Of a stretch of DNA of 64,000 bases, positions 54,972 through 64,000 are shown piece by piece. The DNA is from the human T2T-CHM13v2.0 reference genome, Homo sapiens. Within the stretch, counting starts at the first letter, position 1; every line of letters starts with the position of its first letter. Location of the stretch: the NCBI RefSeq assembly GCF_009914755.1, contig NC_060941.1; one strand, 5' to 3'. The translations under genes and the position numbers were made by a program. The notes beneath the pieces were generated by a model. The model worked only from the letters and a program-made list of their open reading frames with translations, made no database searches and was not told where the DNA came from.

Positions 54972-55566
54972 TTTTTTTTTTTTTAATTTTTTTTAATTAT
55001 ACTTTAAGTTTTAGGGTACATGTGCACATTGTGCAGGTTAGTTACATATGTATACATGTGCCATGCTGGTGCGCTGCACCCACTAACTCGTCATCTAGCA
55101 TTAGGTATATCTCCCAATGCTATCCCTCCCCCCTCCCCCCACCCCACAACAGTCCCCAGAGTGTGATATTCCCTTTCCTGTGTCCATGTGATCTCATTGT
55201 TCAATTCCCACCTATGAGTGAGAATATGCGGTGTTTGGTTTTTTGTTCTTGTGATAGTTTACTGAGAATGATGCTTTCCAATTTCATCCATGTCCCTACA
55301 AAGGACATGAACTCATCATTTTTTATGGCTGCATAGTATTCCATGGTGTATATGTGCCACATTTTCTTAATCCAGTTTATCATTGTGGCGATTCCTCAGG
55401 GATCTAGAACTAGAAATACCATTTGACCCAGCCATCCCATTACTGGGTATATACCCAAAGGACTATAAATCATGCTGCTATAAAGACACATGCACACGTA
55501 TGTTTATTGCAGCATTATTCACAATAGCAAAGACTTGGAACCAACCCAAATGTCCAACAATGATAG
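54972..55566 (-). mobile_element. L1PA2-like with 5' inversion (54972-55386 antisense, 55384-55566 inverted)
   Basis: 3' UTR near L1HS but with GAG (not ACA/ACG) and A at the Ta-diagnostic G position; ORF2p C-terminus split across strands; 17-bp TSD gaaaagYgtgttctttt. Confidence 0.95.
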
Positions 55567-55934
55567 AAAAGTGTGTTCTTTTAGACAGCCTGGTGCCACC
55601 TTTAGTCTCATTCCCATGTAGCCTCCTGAGATCAATATATGAATCCATTCATCAGCTCACAAACTCTGCTTAGAGACATCCTGAAGCCCTATTGCTTAAG
55701 GAGTCAGCATTCTACATGACCCGGGGAGCCTGGGGGCATTTAGCATTTATTTAGCAAGAAGGGTAATGAATGTTTCAGGGCTTTACTGCCCTCAAAGTGC
55801 CTCTTTCTCAGCCATCATCTTTTGGATCGGCACATTACCATGTCATACAAAGAATGGCAGATGTCATTCATATTTCCAATTAGCAAAGAAGGGAAGCAGC
55901 AAAGTGAGTCTCAAAGTGCGTTCCATAAACCACA

Positions 55935-56070
55935 TTCTAATCATCTTGTTAAAAATGCAGGTTTACTGACTCTACAATATAGAGAGACTAAATTCGACTC
56001 TGGTGGAAGCTGTATTTTTACAAGGCACTCTAATAATTCCAAGGCCACTGGGTTTAAGGAGCACAGGGCT
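55935..56070. mobile_element. MER5-like fragment
   Basis: cttgttaaaaatgcagg...ctgtatttttacaag...gtttaaggagcacag. Confidence 0.55.
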
Positions 56071-56104
56071 GGCAGACTGGAGAAGCATATTATCGATATC
56101 TCAA

Positions 56105-56330
56105 TGGGACTTTTACAACAGCTTACTTATTTCCATTTTTATAGATGATAAAACAGCAATTCGATGAGATTCAGTGATTTGTGCAAAGGCACATCAGAGT
56201 CCATTGCAAATCAGTAAGGGGTATAACTAGCAATATCTAACTAAACAGAAATAAATGTATAACTAGAAATAAAACCTAGATCTTTCAACTTCTGGTTTTC
56301 TTTGTTCTTTGAACTATGTCAGGCTGCCTC
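56105..56330 (-). mobile_element. MIR
   Basis: ccatttttatagatg...agtgatttgtgcaaaggcac...ctagaaataaaacctagatct. Confidence 0.6.
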
Positions 56331-56584
56331 CTTCTGACATAGGAGAGATTTGACGGTGGCTCTTTTAAAATCTGCTATGGTAGCTCTCAAAGTGGGTAAT
56401 AATAGTGTGTGATTTATTTATGCCTCACAGTATCATTCCTGGTGAACACAGGCCTCCAATCTTGATCACGCTCCCCTAAATGTGGTCCTATGAAAAAATG
56501 CACACTTCCTACTCAGACATGAAACTATTTTAGTTCCTAAGCAAAATCTTTAAGCCATGGGAATTGGAAGGATCGCTATTCCAA

Positions 56585-56830
56585 TAGCTAAATTGTAATT
56601 ATATTAGGTGTTCCAGGCACCATTATAAATTCTTAATGCATGTATTAAATAAAACAGATGAGCTCATTCACTTTTTTAAAGCAAACCACTGAGGTAAGTA
56701 CCAGCACTCCCTGATGAAGACAGTGAGACCCGATGTGACTTGCCCAAGTTTACACAGCTCTAAGCTGGGCAATGAAGAAAGGATGTTTTGCTCTAGAGGA
56801 AGCAAGATTAACCACCACTAATACTGCCTC
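56585..56830 (-). mobile_element. MIR
   Basis: gtgttccaggcacc...tgtgacttgcccaagtttacacagct...ttaaccac. Confidence 0.55.
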
Positions 56831-57217
56831 TCTGTCTACAGTGGTGGGAGTGTATGATGGGCATTGGGGTTGGGAAGCTCTGTGTAAGTAAGTTTCAGTG
56901 GAGAAAAAAATATTCCCCAAATAGCTCAGGAATGTGCCAGCAATATAGAACTATAAATTTACTTTTGCATAAGGCATCTAAAGGCACATTTAAAATAAAT
57001 CATCACCTTTAAAATCAATCAATCAAATAATACAGATGTACAAGTGACCATGAAGCTGATGTGGTTCAGTTATTTTATTTTATAGATGAGGAAATTAAGG
57101 ATCTGAGAGGTAAAGACCTTTTTCTAAAGTCTCAGATTGCACAAAGGTAAGTATTGGCCAAGTTGGGTAAGTTGCGAATACAATCAATTTCTTGAAACAG
57201 TGCCTGAGGTTAGAATG

Positions 57218-57661
57218 TCAGTATTGTTCTAGTGCCATGATACTGCTCAATCACTAGCATCCGCAAAACCTCAGAAGGATACAGCAGTAAGTGTTTGTTG
57301 CTCACAAGACTGGTTTGGTTATCTAGGTGCCTCTGCTGATTTTTGACTGAGCTTTCAAATTTCTGGGGGTCAGTTGACTACTGATCGACCTGTGATGGCC
57401 TCAGCTGTGGCAAGCTGGCTCTATCACATAGATCTCTCATCCTCTAGCTTGGAACACTTTTTTATGTCAATGGAAGACATGCAAGCACACAAGAGGAAAT
57501 GTGTACACATCATTTCATGCTTCTGCTTGCCTTCATGTGACTCCAATCATCTAATTGACCAAAGCAAGTCACCTGGCCAGCCCCTGACCAGAACTGGGCA
57601 AGGGACACAGAAACAAAGAGGGTCAGTGGATTACAACCATTAATGCAATTAATCTACCACA
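57218..57661 (-). mobile_element. MLT1H-like MaLR LTR
   Basis: caaaacctcag...gatggcctcagctg...attgaccaaagcaagtcacctggcc...aatctaccaca. Confidence 0.75.
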
Positions 57662-59761
57662 ATGAGGGAGGAGGAAAGGCCTGGCATGGAAGTAGTTTCA
57701 AGGAGGAGGCAAAAAATCAAATAAGGCCAATTTATGCAATGTTCATTTTAACATCCAAACTTTGAAGTCACATCTTCCATTTTAGGGCTCATTTGCTATA
57801 TGTAATAAAGAGAAATACATCATTTTGCAGAAGTAAGGAAAGTGCGGAATTTAAGAAGCCTGCACCATTTTATAAAAGCAGGTTTACCATGCTAGCAAGC
57901 ATCATATTGAATTTAGAGATTCTGGCACATGTTCCAACTCCACTTAGGTTATTCATAGATAAACATAGATTCCTTTTCAGAACAACTGGGAAACATATAT
58001 ATATATAAAATTTAATTTTTTAATTTGATTTAAATTTTAAAATAAAATTGAGTTTTAATTACATATATTATAAATTATGTATGTATATGTGCATGTGTAT
58101 ATATATGTCATGCAACAGGAAACTTTATAATGGATCTATCAAGTTTAGTTTAAGAAGTGAATTTACTTTGTTTAATTTACAAACGATCGAAGTATTAGCA
58201 ATTTATAAAGGATTAACACATTTGAAAATTTTTCAGAATTATCCTAGGACTAATTTGGATACTTATAACAAAACATTAATATGCTGTACTTTGGTTAAAT
58301 CAGAGATAATATTTTTAAATGGAGATCTATTTTTTAATATGTGTGAGTATGTGAGGAAAATGTTGTTTAAGGATTAAAATACCTTTCTCAAGGAGGTAAA
58401 ATTCAAGTGTTGCATTTTTTAAAAATTGTAGCTGTTATTCCTGGTAAAGACCAAAACTATTTTCACCTTTCCTCCATGCTGTTTGGACTCATTCCATAAC
58501 TAACCTTCTTCTGTCACTTCCCAAGTCTCTTAAAATGACTTCTTTAAAAACGCACATGGACTCACACAGCCTCACAAGCATACAAGCTCTCATACAAGTG
58601 AGATTAAAATGAAACAACAGAAACAAATAAAAACAAATAAGCACAATCCTACTAATATAAACTCTTGCAAAGTCTGGCAATAAAGATTATCTCACGTATT
58701 CTATTAAAGTCCCATTATAAAATAAAACAAACAGAAGTATCAAATAGCTTCATCATAGCTGTTGGCTTCTCAAGAAACTGAGGCTATAGAGCTTTGGCTG
58801 CCTTTTATGTTTATTTCAGAAAAATAAAATTATTATAAACAGATTGCTATTGTAGTGTTACCATGGTCCCCTTGCCAGGTCATTGTAAGAGGTTAATAGG
58901 TTAAAATTTGATGTTGCAATGTTATCCTTTAAAATAAAATGCTACTCTAACAATGAGTGCAGTACAACAGCTAAATTGAAGGATATCAAGATGGTTTTGT
59001 CAAAATGCTCTGCTGTCCAGTGACCTCTTTTTCACGATGCCAGGGAATCCTATGTATTATATTGCCTGCGAATTTTTGATTTATTAGAAGAAGCATTTTT
59101 TTTAAATCGTGGAGGCAACAGTAACTTCATTAACCTGTAGGTGGAGATAATAATAGTCATAAAAGTAATATGGATGACTGCACAGCTCTACAAATATACT
59201 AAAAACTATTGAATTGTGTCCTTTGAATGGATGGATTGTATAGCATATGAATTATGTCTTAATAAAACTATATAAAAATCAAGAGAATTTTTGTTTACAA
59301 AAAGAAATATGGATAAGATAAAACAACAAGCCAGAGACTGGTAGATTGAATCAGTTGGAGGGTTTCTTTTCCCACATTCAGTGGCATATAAAATTGCCTC
59401 CCAATGAATAAATTCAGTCTTCTGGTGGGATCTGTCCATTTTCTTTAAGAAAAAGTTTAAGTATTTATCTCCATCACTATTTATTAACAACTGTTAAACT
59501 CCATGATGTCTTGTGAGCTGTGTCTGTCTTCTCTAGCTATGGGAAGTATTTGATTATTATCTTCTAAGAATTTGGAAGGAAAAGGATGTGATTGAGGTCT
59601 CTTAAAAGATTCCTGGGGAACCAAATTTTCTTCAGTAAATGTTATCAGAAATGAGACAGATTTCACATCATCAGTCTTCATATGTATTGGAATTTTTCTC
59701 TGTGAGCAGAAATGCACCTAAGACTTTACTAGCTGAAATTTTTTATTTATTCTCAACGTGT

Positions 59762-60221
59762 TGAGGTATGAGGTCAGACTTGACTCAAGACAAGATTGAA
59801 GACTTGCTGAAACAGGGAAGAGGCTCTGAAAACACCTCTCCCTAGGACATGCCCATCAGCACCATGACAGTTTACCATTGCTATGGCAAGACCTAGGGGT
59901 TGCCACCCCTTTCCATGGCAACACCCGGAAATTACCACCTGTTTTTTAAAAATTTCTGGATAATCTGCCACTTAATTTGCACATAATTAAAAGTGGGTAC
60001 AAATATGACTACAGTACCACCTCTGAGCTGCTACTCTGGGCACCCTGTCTATGGGGTAGCCCTGCTCCACAAGGAGCAGGATCTCTACTGCTGCTGTGCT
60101 CTGCTGCTTCAATCAAAGCTGCTGTCTAACACCACCAGCTTGTCCTTGAATTGTTTCCTGGGCAAAGCCAAGAACACTCCTGGGGTAAGCTCCAATTTTG
60201 GGACTCACTGGCCTTGCATCA
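59762..60221 (+). mobile_element. ERV1 solo LTR, MER66-like (MER41/66 group)
   Basis: tgaggta start, ccatgacagtttaccattg, ctatggggtagccctgctc, cttgaattgtttcctgggcaaagccaagaac...tgcatca end. Confidence 0.8.
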
Positions 60222-60430
60222 CTGTTATTCTGTATTTTTCCATAAGTATCAATTTGTATGCAATTGAAAAGGTGGTAAAAATGCCCAAACAACTATGAGA
60301 AGTGATCTATTCAGTTAAACACACACATAATGTCATTGTAACAGAAAATAGCTTATTATTATTTGGCTTGCTTATATTTGCTTAACTTCTGGGGCTAAAT
60401 TTGTAGATAAGAGCAGTCAGACAGACATAG

Positions 60431-60790
60431 TGTATTAGTCCATTCTCACACTGCTATAAAGGTACTACCTGAGACTGGATAATTTATGAAGAAAAGAGGT
60501 TTGATTGACTCACAGTTCTCCATGGCTGGGGAGGCCTCAGGAAACTTACAATCATCGCAGAAGGTGAAGGGAAACAAGACACGTTTTACGTGGTGGCAGG
60601 AGAGAGAGAGTGAAGGGGGAAGTGCCACTTTTAAACCATCAGATCTTGGGAGAACTCACTATCATGAAAAGAGCATAGGAGAAACCGCCCACCGAAAATC
60701 CAATTACCTCTGACAAGGTCCCTCCCTTGACACATTAGGATTACAATTCCAGATGAGATTTGGGTGGGGACACAGTGCCAAACCATATCA
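60431..60790 (-). mobile_element. MSTA/THE1D-like MaLR solo LTR
   Basis: tgtattagtccattctcacactgctataaag...gggtggggacacag.gccaaaccatatca; TSD catag/cagag. Confidence 0.92.
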
Positions 60791-61699
60791 CAGAGCCTTA
60801 TACCATTTCTATTGTTCCTTGAACATATATGTTTTTTGTTTGGGTCACTGGCTTGCCCTTTGGAAGCAAAACAGCAAGCTCCTTTGAGTATTTTACTTTT
60901 TTTCTATTAATTGAACAGATGAAAGTTAAAAAAAAAATAAGGATTCTAAACTCATGTAGCTGTTTACCAAATAGATCTAACACATGTGAATATATTTTCA
61001 TTTTTTCAACCTGCTTTGATATATAGTGTATGTTTGACCCTTGCAACAACCATGTTAATAATTCTAGCTGGAATGGTTTTTAATCTCTCGAAATTCCTAG
61101 AATACTTTCCTATTTCTTCCCGGAGGTTCATAGAATATTTGCTAACTATACTGTTATTTGTGGATGTAGTTTGTCTAACTTAATATATTATAAATGTTTC
61201 AAAAGCAGGGGCGTATTCCTTCACGCTGTGCAATCCCCTATAGCACTTAGCACCAAATAAATGAGTGCAGATATGCCCAATTAGCAAATAAATGGAACTA
61301 CAAAGAGACTAACCCAAATTTTTTCTTAAATTGAAAAGCAACTTTAGGTCTCCAGAAAGCAATTTTAAAATATGTATCAATATCCCTTGAGTCAATTTCC
61401 CATTCAAGATATTTATGCTAAGGAAGTAACCTTAGATGCAATCAAAAGATGTTATCCTAGCATTATTTAAAATATGGTTTTAAAGGAAGTGGCTTAAATG
61501 CAAATAAATAAATAAATAAATGAAATAGTATGCAGTCCCTAAGTATGAGGTTTTAGATGGTTTTCAAATTCATGAAAAATACTCAAAATCTATGGTTATG
61601 TTAAAATATATATTTTTTTTATTGTTTTCTAGGTTTCAGAACGCGATTGCTCATGTTTTCAAAATGGTTCTTATCTTTTAACAAGATACATTGGAAGAC

Positions 61700-62212
<513 letters not shown>

Positions 62213-62316
62213 ACCACGTGTATGTATCATCTAGGTGAGTAAGATAGCTTCCATTTGTCCTACTCCCCATATAACTTTTCCATTCTCTGCCTCACTGGTC
62301 TCTGCCTGATGGAGCT

Positions 62317-62737
62317 TGTCTTAGTTTATTTGTATTGCTATAAAGGAATACCTGAAACTGAGTAATTTGTAAAGAAAAGAGATGTATGTTTCTCACAGTT
62401 CTGCAGGCTGTGCAAGAATCATGGTGCTTCTCGGGAGGCCCTCAAGCTGCTTCCACTCATGGCAGAAGTGAATGGGAGCAAGCATGTGCAGAGATCACAT
62501 GGCGACAGAGAGGAAGTGAGAGAGAGGAGGAGGTGCCTGGCTCTTTTAAACAACCAGTTCTTACAGGAACTAAGAGTGAAAACTCACTCATTCCCATGAG
62601 ACTGGCACCAAGCCATTCACGAGGGATCTGCTTCCATGACCCATACACCTCCCACCAGGACCCCACCTCTGACACTGGGGATAACATTTCAACATGAGAC
62701 TTGGCAGGGTCAAACAAAACATATCCAAACCACAGCA
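62317..62737 (-). mobile_element. MSTB-like MaLR solo LTR
   Basis: tgtcttagtt...gctataaaggaatacctg...gcagagatcacatggcga...caaaacatatccaaaccacagca. Confidence 0.9.
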
Positions 62738-62749
62738 GATGCTGACCTG

Positions 62750-62928
62750 CAAGGCTGGTTCCCTGAGCATATAAACTGTGCAGTTGTTCACATGTCCCCA
62801 TGCTCAGAAGGCTCTCACTCTTGGTTTAACACTCTCTTATCACCTTCCTGAAATTGTAATAATTTTTGAATAGGTGCTGTAATTTTTTATTTGCACTGGG
62901 CGCTATAACTTAGGTAGGCAGCCAGTCT
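62750..62928 (+). mobile_element. MER91A-like hAT-Tip100 MITE
   Basis: ctgtgcagt...gctcagaagg...cttggtttaa...tgaaatt.taataatttttgaa...ttgcactggg. Confidence 0.75.
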
Positions 62929-62947
62929 TGCTGAATTATATTAGTGT

Positions 62948-63521
62948 GTGCAGTAAAGATTTAACTCAGTGCAAAGAAAGATTTGTCCCTTTCCTCCTAA
63001 CTCTTGGGAGGTCATCTCTAAGCACTTGGAATGTCCTCCCTGATAAGAATGCCTTTGTTTACCTGGGGGTGATAGGGACATGCCAGAGTCTTTATGGCAA
63101 TAGTGTTATAGGGTGGGCCACAGTAACAGCTCAACGTCTGGAGTCACTAGTGACTGAGTTCAACCACACAACAGTCATATATATAAAAGTGGCCAATTCT
63201 TAATATAAACTCTGGACACCAACGCTCAAGTGAGCTTTCTTCATTGGCAATTTATCTGCATATTGTCACATGTCATTGCTAGGAGTAGTTAATGCCATCT
63301 ACATGACTCCACTAGGAGAGGACATCTGGAATCTCTACCCCAGGCCCCTTCTCAACTTTGTTCTATGTGCCTCTGTGCCTCTTCCCTTTGCTAATTTTGA
63401 CCTGCATCCTTCAGTGTAATAAACCATAACCATGAGTATTACAGTTTTACTGCAGTCTGTGAGTACTTTTAGCAATTTTTTTTGAATGGAAGGTGGTCTT
63501 GGAGACTCCCTCAAACTCACA
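62948..63521 (+). mobile_element. MER21C-like ERVL LTR
   Basis: ctctaagcacttggaatgtcc.ccctgataaga...aaactctggacacc...tgactccactaggagaggac...aataaaccataaccatgagta...ggtggtcttgg. Confidence 0.8.
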
Positions 63522-63524
63522 GGT

Positions 63525-63925
63525 TAACCTTAATGGGTTTCCATGTCCTCTGGCTTACTGTTGAGTTCCGTCAATGCACAGGCCCCATAGAAAACTGGGG
63601 AAAGATAAATGAGAGGTCAAGGTATTTATAATCCTGATTCTCTCCCCATGAGAGGGTGTCTTATGCTGGCTGTGTCTCTGAAAGTCAGAGGGCGTAATGC
63701 TCCCACAAAGCATCCTGTTCCATATGATGCTTTCTAGCTTCCTATAACCTTCCCCTCATCTCTTTGGCTGACAGCCCTTCCACTTCTGGATCCCTTACAT
63801 TCAGCTACACCTTTGCAATGAGTTCCTTTGAAAGCAAACCATCTCATGTTTTCATTTTTGTTTTTCCTAACATAAGCAGGTCTTCTGTTTCCTGCCTGTC
63901 TTCCTGTTTCCTATCTGGCTGATAG
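63525..63925 (+). mobile_element. LTR33-like ERVL LTR
   Basis: ccatgtcctctggctt...gagaggtcaaggtattta...acacctttgcaa...ctgtttcct..ctggctgata. Confidence 0.65.
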
Positions 63926-64000
63926 AAAATACAAGGGCAAGAAGTATACAAAATGCGGGGTGGCAATGATGGTTGCATTCTGTATTTTTTTATTGCATTG

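Noticed and set aside
55201-55673. ORFs with clear protein homology (also at 38832-39145 and 45299-45544)
   Set aside because: They are L1 ORF2p C-terminal fragments of truncated insertions and cannot encode a functional protein

Overview
This is hominid (most likely human) non-coding genomic DNA: AT-rich and dense in repeats. It holds 12 Alus (J, S and Y types), L1 3' fragments from L1PA2 back to L1M/L1ME, L2, MIR, MaLR/ERVL/ERV1 solo LTRs, hAT/TcMar/piggyBac MITEs and microsatellites. I find no supportable protein-coding gene. The ORF track is explained by Alu, L1, LTR and microsatellite sequence or by chance; the only recognisable protein fragments are L1 ORF2p C-termini. I see no evidence for a novel multi-gene system. 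The best-supported observations concern retrotransposition mechanics: two twin-primed (5'-inverted) L1s with intact TSDs, a poly(A)-only TPRT insertion, and a piggyBac MITE in a nested TE stack. Two CpG-enriched, repeat-free blocks (about 0.86-1.2 kb and 53.4-54.6 kb) carry splice signals that suggest a minus-strand, possibly non-coding, transcript; this is inference. Subfamily names come from remembered consensus sequences, and the boundaries of old repeats are approximate.
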